Shown here: one piece after another, positions 40,343-49,561 of the stretch | How positions within the stretch are numbered: position 1 is the stretch's first letter | Layout of the letters: every line of letters starts with the position of its first letter | From: Thermodesulfobacteriota bacterium | GTDB lineage: Bacteria; Desulfobacterota; Desulfarculia; JACQYL01 | NCBI GenBank assembly: GCA_963675595.2 | Contig: CAXXLZ010000001.1 | Coordinates: 480,001-544,000 of the forward strand | Direction: 5' to 3' | DNA length: 64,000 bases | Translations under genes and position numbers: made by a program | The notes under the pieces: generated by a model | Told to the model about the DNA's origin: nothing | Database searches by the model: none | The model's input: the letters and a program-made list of their open reading frames with translations, nothing else

Positions 40343-41035
40343 CTACAGGTCTTCTTCGTAACAATGGGGCTGTTTGATCGTTGCCGCGTCCGTGATCTCG
40401 TTGGAGAACGCTCCTTCCCTCATCACGTAGATACGGTCCGCCAGACGGGAAACCGTGAAAAGATTCTGCTCGACCACCACCATGGGAATCCTTCCCTTCA
40501 TCTCGAGGAGGATGTCTACGATTTCCCCGATGATTTTCGCCGCCAGTCCTTCGGTGGGTTCGTCGATGAGCAGCAATTTGGGGTCGCCGATAAGAGCCCG
40601 TCCGATGAGGAGGATTTGGCGTTCGCCGCCGCTCAATCCTTTCGCCTTGGAGTCGAGGAGCTTTTCCATCTTCGGGTGGATGGCGACCACTTTCTTGATG
40701 GCGTCGGACAAGTTTTCCTTGGTGGGGTGAGCGGCGAGTTCGATGTTTTCCCTGACGGTAAGATCGCCGAACACTCGTTTGTCCTGGAACACGTACTTGA
40801 TGCCTTTGAGGGCCACCCGGTGCAGGGGTGTTCCGATGATGCTTTCCCCCATGAAGGAGACGCTTCCGGCACTGGGCTGTATGAATCCTCCGATGGTCTT
40901 GAGGAGGGTGGTCTTGCCCGCGCCGTTACGGCCCACCACGCAAACGAGCTCTCCTTCCTTCAAATGCATGGAGAGGTCGTGAATAACTTTCGCGTGTCCG
41001 TAATGAACATCGAGATTGGTGACTTCTAGTAGCAT
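40343..41035 (-). CDS. LIV-type ABC ATPase (LivF-like)
   Basis: GRNGAGKT, LSGGE, DEPTEGL. Confidence 0.92.
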   Translation of the reverse strand: MLLEVTNLDVHYGHAKVIHDLSMHLKEGELVCVVGRNGAGKTTLLKTIGGFIQPSAGSVSFMGESIIGTPLHRVALKGIKYVFQDKRVFGDLTVRENIELAAHPTKENLSDAIKKVVAIHPKMEKLLDSKAKGLSGGERQILLIGRALIGDPKLLLIDEPTEGLAAKIIGEIVDILLEMKGRIPMVVVEQNLFTVSRLADRIYVMREGAFSNEITDAATIKQPHCYEEDL

Positions 41036-41796
41036 ACCATGTCTTCTTTGCCCCAGTAGCATTCCTTGACCCGGGGGTCGCAAATGACGTCCTTAGGGAG
41101 TCCGTCGCAAATCAGGCTGCCTTCGTTGATGACGCACAGACGTTCCACGAGGTCCGTCAACTTGGAAATCTTGTGTTCGATGATCACAATGGCGAACTTG
41201 CCGATCAGTTTGCGGATCACGGCGCTGATGTGGTCGATGTCCACCAGGCTCAATCCGGCAAACGGCTCATCCAGGAGGAGCACTTTTGGATTGAGCGAAA
41301 GAGCGATGGCGATCTCCATCTCCCGCTTCTCGCCGTAGGAGAGGTCCGATGTGCGGATGTTCGCCTTCCGAGCGATGCCGAGAGCGTCCAGGGCCTGGAG
41401 ACATTCCTCTTCGAGTTCTTTGTAGCGTGCGTTCTTGAAGAAGAACCGGGCCTTGGAGGCATAGTCCCTGCCCTGACGGACCCGGGCCAGCATCATATTT
41501 TCGAGCACGCTCATTTCGTTGAACACGGAAACAAGCTGAAACGTCCTGGCGATGCCCAGCATCACCCGTTGGTGAGGGGGCATTCGGGTGATGTCCTCGT
41601 CATGGAAAAACACCCGGCCCTCGGTGGGAATGAAATACCCTGTGAGCAGGTTGAAGAAGGTGGATTTTCCCGCGCCGTTGGGGCCGATGATGCCCGCGAC
41701 TTCTCCTTCATGCACCTGGTAGGTGATTTGGTTGACTGCGACCAGGCCGTCGAATCGTTTGGTCGCGCCTTTGGTGGACAGAATGCGCCTTGCCAT
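41026..41796 (-). CDS. LIV-type ABC ATPase (LivG-like)
   Basis: GPNGAGKS, LSYGE, DEPFAG. Confidence 0.92.
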   Translation of the reverse strand: MARRILSTKGATKRFDGLVAVNQITYQVHEGEVAGIIGPNGAGKSTFFNLLTGYFIPTEGRVFFHDEDITRMPPHQRVMLGIARTFQLVSVFNEMSVLENMMLARVRQGRDYASKARFFFKNARYKELEEECLQALDALGIARKANIRTSDLSYGEKREMEIAIALSLNPKVLLLDEPFAGLSLVDIDHISAVIRKLIGKFAIVIIEHKISKLTDLVERLCVINEGSLICDGLPKDVICDPRVKECYWGKEDMVCY

Positions 41797-41853
41797 GAAT
41801 CGTGGTCCGTTTCGGGTGGGACCGGGGAAGCCCCCGGTCCGTTCCGGTTCCGG

Positions 41854-41957
41854 CAGGCCGTTGAAAAACGTGCTTCGCGAGTTGCGCCTCGTCCCCCGTC
41901 ACCGCAACTTGGAGACTCGCGCGTGCTGCCTTGATCCGCTCGTTTTTCGCCGGCCTG
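41854..41957 (+). mobile_element. MITE family M, short copy inside the operon
   Basis: CAGGCCGTTGAAAAACG...CGTTTTTCGCCGGCCTG. Confidence 0.65.
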
Positions 41958-41984
41958 CAATCATCCGACCGTCTCAATCAGGTG

Positions 41985-43235
41985 TTAGTAGCCTTCGGTC
42001 GACAGCTTGGGCAGGTAGTCGTCGCCCGTGTAGGCGCCGATGACCTTCACCAGGTCCCATTCGCTCTTGCGATCCTGGGGACCCTTACCCACGACCACAA
42101 AGGCGCCGTATTTGAAAATGGGCTGGTGATCGATGCGCCACTTGCCGGGACCTTTCATGGACGGGAATTCCGGGTTGTCCATGATCGCCTTGGCGACGGC
42201 TTCCGGATCGGTGGACTGGGCCAGCTCGATGCCCCGCACCAGCTCCTTGGCGCCCACATAGGCCATGCCCGCGTAGGGATCCGGCGGCTCGCCGTAGGCC
42301 GTCATGTACTTGTCGACGAAAGCCTTTCCGGCCTTGACCACTTCGGCGTCTTCGAAGCCTTCCATGTTCCAGTACCAGGACATGAGTGAGTAGACACCCT
42401 CAAGGGCTTCGGCGGGCACACCGCTGCCGAACACGTTGGTCATCCAGTTGAACCATATCTTGGTCTTCTTGTTCAGGCCCAATTCGTAAGCCTGCTTCAG
42501 CACCGAAATGGCGCCGGTGCCCCACTGAGCCATCATGACGATTTCGGGTTCCGCTTCCGCGATCTTCTGCAGGTAGGGAGTGTAGTCCGTGGTCTTTACC
42601 GGGGCTTCGTCATAGGTCGCTTCGATGCCGTACTTGGCGAAAGCGTCTTTGGCGCCCGCATACTGATCCCTGCCGAAAGAATAGGCCGGGGCGAAGAAGT
42701 AGACTTTTTTCAGTTTGAATTCAGAGGCGATGTAAGCCGCTCCGGAGTAACCGATGGAGTAGGCCGTGCCGTGAATGCCGAAGGTCGTGGGCGCCAGGTT
42801 GCCCTTTTCGAACATGTCCATGGGAGCCACACAGGCGGAAATGTAGGGAATGGGCTGATTGCGAACCTGGTTGTTCAATGCCTTGGCGATACCCGCGAAG
42901 GTGGAACCCACCAATCCGTGGACCTTTTCATCGTTACGCAGTTCCTTGAATCGACGGACCGCCACGTCGCCTTTGGTTTCGTCGTCCTTGACCACGGCTT
43001 CGAGGGGAATCATCTTGCCGCCGAGCTTCACTCCGCCGGCCGCGTTGACCTCGTCGATGGCGAGTTGGGCGCCTTTCATCTGAACCGGGCCGATGGGCGA
43101 GGCCGGACCGGTCAAGCCGAACATGAGACCGATCTTGATCTTGTCCGGCGTTTCCGCGGGCGCCGGGCTTGGAAGGGCGAACATCAGCCCCAACATGGTC
43201 ACACACACCACAAGCAAACTCATTTTCTTCAGCAT
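41985..43235 (-). CDS. LIV-type ABC substrate-binding protein
   Basis: Signal peptide, IKIGLMFGLTGP...GAQLAIDEVNAAGG. Confidence 0.92.
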   Translation of the reverse strand: MLKKMSLLVVCVTMLGLMFALPSPAPAETPDKIKIGLMFGLTGPASPIGPVQMKGAQLAIDEVNAAGGVKLGGKMIPLEAVVKDDETKGDVAVRRFKELRNDEKVHGLVGSTFAGIAKALNNQVRNQPIPYISACVAPMDMFEKGNLAPTTFGIHGTAYSIGYSGAAYIASEFKLKKVYFFAPAYSFGRDQYAGAKDAFAKYGIEATYDEAPVKTTDYTPYLQKIAEAEPEIVMMAQWGTGAISVLKQAYELGLNKKTKIWFNWMTNVFGSGVPAEALEGVYSLMSWYWNMEGFEDAEVVKAGKAFVDKYMTAYGEPPDPYAGMAYVGAKELVRGIELAQSTDPEAVAKAIMDNPEFPSMKGPGKWRIDHQPIFKYGAFVVVGKGPQDRKSEWDLVKVIGAYTGDDYLPKLSTEGY

Positions 43236-43328
43236 GCCTTTTCCTCCCTTTTGATTGTCGGTACTTCCGACCCCGCGCCCTCACCCCTGGGGGCTCGGAG
43301 TTTCTCATCCGTCGGACGGCCTGGAATT

Positions 43329-45725
43329 CTATTCCTTCGGCGGGCCTCCGGCCTCCCTGATGGCCCGGAAGACCCTCTCCGGGTCGGCGGGCAAAGAGCG
43401 CACCCGCCCTCCGCAGGCGTCGGCTATGGCGTTGATGATGGCCGGAGTCGCCGGAATATTGGGCATTTCCCCGATCCCCTTCGCGCCAAAGGGACCGTAT
43501 TTGTTCTGAACTTCCAAAATGATGGGCTTGATGTCCGGGACGTCCAGCGTCGTGGGAATCAGGTAGTTCTGGAGACTGAGATTCTGGATGAATCCCTGGT
43601 CCATGACGATTTCTTCCATGAGGGCGTATCCCAGCCCCATGGCGACGCCGCCCTCGATCTGGCCTTCCACTGCCTTGGGGTTGATGGCCTTGCCCACGTC
43701 GAATGCCGCAACGTAATCGGTGATCTCGACTTCGCCGGTTTCCACGTCCACGATGACTTCGGCCATGTGCGTGGAATAGGTGTACACGAAATAAGGGCTT
43801 CCCTGTCCCGTCTCGGGGTCCAAAGTCGCCTTGGGCGGCGCCCACCATCCCTGGCCGATCAGTCTTCTTCCCGTGGCCATGGCGCGCGCGGCCACGGTCC
43901 TAAACTCCGCGCACGTCTTGGGGTTTTCTCGGTCATAAACCAGGCGATCCCGGGATTCGAGGCGTTCCACAGGTACCTGGAGCATCTCGGAAGCGGTCTC
44001 GAGAATGGACTCCTTCACCTGGCGGGCGGCCAAAATGATGGCATTCCCCATGAGGGTGGTGGAACGGCTTCCCACCGTTGGGCCCGATTCCGGGACCACA
44101 TCGGTGTCCGGGCGGACAAGACGTACGTCCTCCATGTGCACGCCGAGTTCCTCGGCACAGATCTGGGGAAGCACCGTAAAGGCGCCTTGGCCCATCTCCG
44201 TGATCCCCGAGTAGAGGAGCACGGAACCGTCTTCGTGCACGTAAACGTTGGCTCCGCAGCCGTCTCCTCCGGTGCCGATACTGGTGCGGTACCATCCCAT
44301 GCCGATACCCACGCCGCGACGTTTGGTCTTCTCCTTGTCCACGTACCCTGTGCGTTGGGTCTTTCCGTCCCAGTCGAAAGTCTTGGCGCAGGCTTCCAGC
44401 GTGTCTCTCAGCCCGACGCTTTGGTCCAGGACCTGGCCCGTAGCCGTGGTCGAGCCTTCTATGAAAGCGTTCTTTCTGCGAATCTCCAAGGGGCTCATTC
44501 CCAATTCCGCCGCGAGTTCGTCCATGAGCTGTTCATGAGCGATGTGGACCTGGGGCGCCCCGAAGCCGCGCATGGCGCCGCCGTAGGGATGGTTGGTGTA
44601 GCAGAGATACGCGTCCACCGTGACGTTGGGAATTTCGTACGGACCGGCCATCATGACCATGGAGTGTACGTGGGAACCCCCGGCCGGCGGTATCTTGGGC
44701 CCCAGGCCCGCGTAGGCGCCCTGTTCGTCGTAGATTACGCCTTGGAACGCCTCGATGGTTCCGTCCTTCTTGGCCCCGATCTTGATGTGCATGATCATGG
44801 GATGACGTTTGCACGTCTGGAGCGTGACTTCTTCACGCTCGAGGGCCATGCGCACGGGACGGCCCGTGTGATAGGCGAGAAGGGCGGCTCTGCAGCACAG
44901 GTCGATGGGAGAGTCTTCCTTGCCTCCGAACCCTCCGCCCATGTGAATCTGTCTCGCCCTCACCTGGTTGATGGGAATTCCCAGAACAGGGGCCACGTTC
45001 CGTCTGACGGTGAAGGGAGCCTGCATGGGACCTTCAACCAGCATGGTGCCGTCGTCCTGGGGTACGGCCATGGCAACGTCCGGTTCGAGGTAGGCATGCT
45101 CCAGGAACGGAACCTGGTAGGTCCTTTCCAGAATCACTTCCGCTTCGGCGAACCCCTTTTCCACGTCTCCTTTCCGGAGCTTGTCATAGGAGAGGATGTT
45201 CCCTTTTTCATGAATCTTGGGAGCGTCCTCCTTCATGGCGTCTCTGGGGTCGAAAACGGCCGGCAGGGGTTCGTACTCCACATCAATGAGCCGCAAGGCC
45301 TCGTTGGCGATGGACTCCGCTTCCGCGGCCACCAGCGCCACACCGTCGCCGACGTAGCGGACCTTGTCGCCGCAGATCACGGGCTGGTCCGGCAGGATGG
45401 CGCCGAAACCGTTTCGACCGGGAACGTCCTGCGCCGTGAGCACGACCACCACTCCGGGCAGGGCCCGAGCTTTTTCCACGTTGATGGATTTGATGAGAGC
45501 GTGAGGATAAGGGCTCCGGAGAATCTTGCCGTGCAGGAAACCCTCCTTGGGATAATCGGCGCCGTACATCAGCTTGCCGGTCACCTTGAGCGGGTCGTCG
45601 GTACGGATGACGGAAGTACCCGCCAATGCCTTGGAGGTTTCCGGTGTTTTGATGAGATGGTCGAGTTTGATCTTCTCTCTGGTGAGGACCCTGACTCCCC
45701 TTTTGTCTTCCGTTTTGTCCAACAT
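43329..45725 (-). CDS. Xanthine dehydrogenase family molybdopterin-binding subunit
   Basis: LRSPYPHA, GGGFGGK, AMRGFG, GQIEGG, GAKGIGE. Confidence 0.95.
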   Translation of the reverse strand: MLDKTEDKRGVRVLTREKIKLDHLIKTPETSKALAGTSVIRTDDPLKVTGKLMYGADYPKEGFLHGKILRSPYPHALIKSINVEKARALPGVVVVLTAQDVPGRNGFGAILPDQPVICGDKVRYVGDGVALVAAEAESIANEALRLIDVEYEPLPAVFDPRDAMKEDAPKIHEKGNILSYDKLRKGDVEKGFAEAEVILERTYQVPFLEHAYLEPDVAMAVPQDDGTMLVEGPMQAPFTVRRNVAPVLGIPINQVRARQIHMGGGFGGKEDSPIDLCCRAALLAYHTGRPVRMALEREEVTLQTCKRHPMIMHIKIGAKKDGTIEAFQGVIYDEQGAYAGLGPKIPPAGGSHVHSMVMMAGPYEIPNVTVDAYLCYTNHPYGGAMRGFGAPQVHIAHEQLMDELAAELGMSPLEIRRKNAFIEGSTTATGQVLDQSVGLRDTLEACAKTFDWDGKTQRTGYVDKEKTKRRGVGIGMGWYRTSIGTGGDGCGANVYVHEDGSVLLYSGITEMGQGAFTVLPQICAEELGVHMEDVRLVRPDTDVVPESGPTVGSRSTTLMGNAIILAARQVKESILETASEMLQVPVERLESRDRLVYDRENPKTCAEFRTVAARAMATGRRLIGQGWWAPPKATLDPETGQGSPYFVYTYSTHMAEVIVDVETGEVEITDYVAAFDVGKAINPKAVEGQIEGGVAMGLGYALMEEIVMDQGFIQNLSLQNYLIPTTLDVPDIKPIILEVQNKYGPFGAKGIGEMPNIPATPAIINAIADACGGRVRSLPADPERVFRAIREAGGPPKE

Positions 45726-45762
45726 GGGACCTTCCCCTTCTGCAAACCGGATGGTCGTGCGG

Positions 45763-46245
45763 TTAATTCTGATCCTGTTTCACCCGGGCGGCGGTCTTCA
45801 CCGCCTCGATGATCTTCCGGTATCCCGTGCACCGGCACAACACTCCGGACAGGGCGTGACGAATCTCATCCTCCGTGGGATTCGAATTGCGATCCAGGAG
45901 GGCTTTGGCGTTGAGAATCATTCCCGGAGTGCAGAAGCCGCATTGAGCGGCGCCTTCGGCCATGAAGGCCTGTTGAAGCACGTCCAAGGCGCCGTCGTCT
46001 TTCTCCAGTCCTTCGATGGTGACGACTTCCTTGCCCTGGACCTTGAACGCCGGCAGCAGACAGGAGTTGACCGGCGTCCCGTCGAGCAGCACGGTGCACA
46101 CACCGCATTCACCTTCCCGGCAGCCGACCTTGGTCCCGGTCAGTCCGAATTCCTCGCGCAGGAGGTCTACCAACAAAGTCTCCACCGGAATGGTTACGGT
46201 CAGCGACTTACCGTTCAGTTTGAAAGAAAGCTTGGCCATGCTCAT
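45763..46245 (-). CDS. Xanthine dehydrogenase family 2x[2Fe-2S] subunit
   Basis: GCREGECGVC...SC, QCGFCTPG, LCRCTGY. Confidence 0.95.
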   Translation of the reverse strand: MSMAKLSFKLNGKSLTVTIPVETLLVDLLREEFGLTGTKVGCREGECGVCTVLLDGTPVNSCLLPAFKVQGKEVVTIEGLEKDDGALDVLQQAFMAEGAAQCGFCTPGMILNAKALLDRNSNPTEDEIRHALSGVLCRCTGYRKIIEAVKTAARVKQDQN

Positions 46246-46256
46246 TGCTGAATTCC

Positions 46257-47180
46257 TCATTCGATGGGGCAGCCCGCTTGTTCCAGAGCCGCTTTGAGTC
46301 CGCGTTTCACGAAAACCTTGGTCATCTCCTGCCGATATTCACAGGAGCCTCGAAGCAGGCTGTCCCGTGGGCTGCATTGGGCGGAGGCGGACGCCATGGC
46401 CTTTTCGATGGTTTCCCTATCGACGGGCGTTCCCCGCAGGATGGCCTCGGTGTGGATTTCGCGGAAAGGAGTGGGCGCCACGGGTCCCAAAGCCAACGCC
46501 GCGCTTTCGATGGTCTTCCGATCTTGGCTCACCCGGACCTTTACCGCGCAAACCAGGATGGGAAGGGTCAAGGCTCTACGTTTACTGAGCCTGAGGTAGC
46601 ACCCTCCCTCGTTGTCGCCCAGTCCCTGGAATTCGATGCGGGTAATGATCTCCTTGGTGGGGTCCACGGCGGTGACGCCTTTGTCGAAAAAGAACTCGGT
46701 CAACGGGACCACTCGTTCCCCGTCGGCGGAAGTCACGACCACGCGTGCGTCCAGAGCCAGGAGGGGAATGCTTGTGTCCGCCGCGGGTTGCGCGCTGACC
46801 AGATTTCCCGCGGGAGTGGCCACGTTGCGGATTTGGGGAGACCCCACCCATCCGGCGCCGTCGGCCAACAAACCGGCTTTTTGCCGGATCAACCGGGAAG
46901 AAGCCACCTGAGCGTGCGTTACGGCGCCTCCCAGGGAGATCGTTCCGTCGGTTTCATGAATCTCATTCATTCCGGGAATACCGGTGATGTCCACCAAGGC
47001 GTCGATCTCAAGCTTCCTCGAGCGAAGTTCGGGAATGATGTCCGTACCCCCGGCGATGACCTTGGCGTTACCTTTGTACTTCTCCAACATCTCCACAGCC
47101 TCGGCCGCTCGTTTCGGCTGGAGATACTCCTTGATCTTGATGTCGTTGGACCAGTGAAGGTCCCTGAACGCTAACGGCAT
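46257..47180 (-). CDS. Xanthine dehydrogenase family FAD-binding subunit
   Basis: IAGGTD, VGSPQIRNVATPAGN. Confidence 0.93.
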   Translation of the reverse strand: MPLAFRDLHWSNDIKIKEYLQPKRAAEAVEMLEKYKGNAKVIAGGTDIIPELRSRKLEIDALVDITGIPGMNEIHETDGTISLGGAVTHAQVASSRLIRQKAGLLADGAGWVGSPQIRNVATPAGNLVSAQPAADTSIPLLALDARVVVTSADGERVVPLTEFFFDKGVTAVDPTKEIITRIEFQGLGDNEGGCYLRLSKRRALTLPILVCAVKVRVSQDRKTIESAALALGPVAPTPFREIHTEAILRGTPVDRETIEKAMASASAQCSPRDSLLRGSCEYRQEMTKVFVKRGLKAALEQAGCPIE

Positions 47181-47332
47181 GGTTCGTCCCTCGTTCCATG
47201 GGGTTCGGGGGCGATGAGTTCGCCCTGTCTTCGTCGTGGTCTGTATTTGGGTTCGTTTCCCCGCCGGCGGAAACACGCCGCTAATGCCGTCGCCGGATTC
47301 CGGCACCGGAAAGCGGCGCTTTTTCGAAAAGG

Positions 47333-48037
47333 TCAGCCTTTACGGTGCATGGAGGCGCTCCCGAGACGTCTTTTCTTCTCGACTTCACGGTCTTGCCGGA
47401 GTCCGGTCCGCAGAACGCATCTACGCATTCTCTCGTTGTGCTCCAATATGGCTTGTTCTGCGGCTTTGGAGTCTCCGGTTCTGAAGGCGCGGTAAACGAG
47501 GAGATGGTCTTCCAGAAGTTCCGGCAGGATCGGGGAGATGTCGCAAAGCAGAGGTCTGGATCGGCTCTTGATGTTTTCGAGGAACTCCTTGAGCATCCAA
47601 TTTCCGGTATTCTCGTAAATGAGCGAATGGAATTCGAAGTCGGTTTCCGAATAGGCCAGGAGGTCTTTGCCGTTCACCGCGGACCGCTGGGCGGTCAGGT
47701 TTGCCTCTATCTTATCCAGAAATTCCGCAGTCACCCTTTTCGCCGCCAATGCGGCGGCCATGGCCTCGAGCCCGCCCCGTACCTGGTAAAGATCGCCCGC
47801 CATCTCCGGCGTCATCTCCGCCATACGCATGCCTTTGTTGGCCACGTAGGTCACAAGACCTTCCTTTTCCAGGTCTTTGAGGGCCTGCCAAACCGGGGTT
47901 CGACTGACTCCCAGCTCTTTGGCCAACCGCTCGACATTGATCCATTTTCCCGATGAGAATCGATGGGAAATGATCATGTTTTTGAGAGTGCGATAGGCCT
48001 GTTCCTTAAGGGTTGTACGCTTGAGCCCAGAGCTCAA
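47333..48037 (-). CDS. GntR (FCD) transcriptional regulator
   Basis: LAKELGVSRTPV HTH, DFEFH. Confidence 0.92.
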   Translation of the reverse strand: MSSGLKRTTLKEQAYRTLKNMIISHRFSSGKWINVERLAKELGVSRTPVWQALKDLEKEGLVTYVANKGMRMAEMTPEMAGDLYQVRGGLEAMAAALAAKRVTAEFLDKIEANLTAQRSAVNGKDLLAYSETDFEFHSLIYENTGNWMLKEFLENIKSRSRPLLCDISPILPELLEDHLLVYRAFRTGDSKAAEQAILEHNERMRRCVLRTGLRQDREVEKKRRLGSASMHRKG

Positions 48038-48343
48038 TCCTTGATTCCTTTTGGGTTTGAATGGTGAAGAAAAAACGATGCTATACCCGCCTTACTCATT
48101 GAAGCTTTCTATAAATACACCGGAGAGTCGGGAGGAAGTCAATAAAAATTTGATGAAAATCCGATTATTGGTGAGATTTGTATGAGTTATTTCATGCTTG
48201 CGTGGGAATTGCGGCAGTCGTTATCTTATATAAAATATACCGACCGGAAAACCCGAAATATCGGGGTTTCTATTGATTTCGAAAGATACGGGCCTTGCAG
48301 CTCGAAGCAGGTTTTCTTGGGGAGGGGAGGCGGGGATGGATGA

Positions 48344-49141
48344 CTATCTTGTCGGATTTACCGCCACCCGCAGTTCACGAACAGCGGTCAGATGCTCCAG
48401 CAACCGGCGTGCTTTTTCCGTAATTCTCTCGGTCGCTTCCGCGGGTCCTTCGATGGAAACGGTCACATTGCCGCCGTCGACCTCGGTCTTGGCTCTTGGG
48501 AAGACTTCCACCAGACCGGCTTCCACTTCCGCTGCCAGCCACAGGTCGTCCATTTTCTTCTTGGACTCCGGGGTCGTCCTGAACCGGGGAGAAGCCAGGG
48601 TATGCACAATCAGGTCCACGACTTCGTTGACCCGCAACTTCCGAATGCGCAGCGTCATGTCGTAAAGCTGTGCGTCACGGACGTCGATCCCGTAAAGGTG
48701 AAGCCCCCAGTTTCGTTTTGCCTCGTCGTTCTTTTCGATGACAATGCGGGCTTGCTCCGGAGAAGCGTTCTTCTTACTCATTTCTTCCTGAATTCGGTCT
48801 TTGAGATCGGCGATGATTCGTACTTTCAGGACGTGCCCGATGCCGCGAACGAAGTGATGTCCCGCCAGGCCGTGGTAGACCACGTTGTCCTCTCGCAAGC
48901 GTCTCAATATGGCCACACGGATATAGGCCACATATTTTTCCTTGCCGGACGAGAAGCGTTCGAATCCGTAGGGAGAGTCGTGGATCCCTCGGATCATGAG
49001 GAATTCCGGGGTCTTGAACTGTTCGGAAGACTCGAGAAGGAGGTCTCTGGAAACGCAGCTGTAGCCCAGACGCTCGGCCACTTTCTCCGCGACTTCTTTT
49101 CCCTTACTGTGGGATCCTTCGGATATGGTGACAACGGACAT
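48344..49141 (-). CDS. Cytidylate kinase-like family protein
   Basis: VVTISEGSHSKGKEVAE, LKVRIIAD, LYD. Confidence 0.8.
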   Translation of the reverse strand: MSVVTISEGSHSKGKEVAEKVAERLGYSCVSRDLLLESSEQFKTPEFLMIRGIHDSPYGFERFSSGKEKYVAYIRVAILRRLREDNVVYHGLAGHHFVRGIGHVLKVRIIADLKDRIQEEMSKKNASPEQARIVIEKNDEAKRNWGLHLYGIDVRDAQLYDMTLRIRKLRVNEVVDLIVHTLASPRFRTTPESKKKMDDLWLAAEVEAGLVEVFPRAKTEVDGGNVTVSIEGPAEATERITEKARRLLEHLTAVRELRVAVNPTR

Positions 49142-49561
49142 GATTCCATTCCAAGATACGAGTGCGCGTGTCTAAAAACGAACAGCCAAGATGTACCCAA
49201 TACCCGAACTTACTTCAAAACACCATCTTATACCACTCCGCAACGCTTGAGGAAAGAGCGGAGGCGGCTCATGAACGGCCGCTCGGAGTGCGGGCTCCGC
49301 CGCCTCAAGAATCCCTATGGTCCAACAGACCCGAAAGCATGGAGGCCGGCCGGGAGCTCGTACCGACCTGCTGAAAACACGGTATTGTGAATCCGAGAAA
49401 ATTATATGAACAAACGAGACGGCGCTCAGGAAGGCGTTGCCTATGAAGCGTTTCTCTACGGAAGCGCCGGTCGCCTCGTGTCCGTGGACCTCGCGCCTCC
49501 GCCGGGCGATTGCCACGGTGAATCTTTTTCCCTACACTGCAGGGGAAAGGAGTAACGGAGT

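Noticed and set aside
42771-45812. 1013-aa plus-strand ORF, and the 630-aa minus-strand ORF at 15736-17628
   Set aside because: Antisense shadows of well-supported GC-rich genes, with no motifs of their own.
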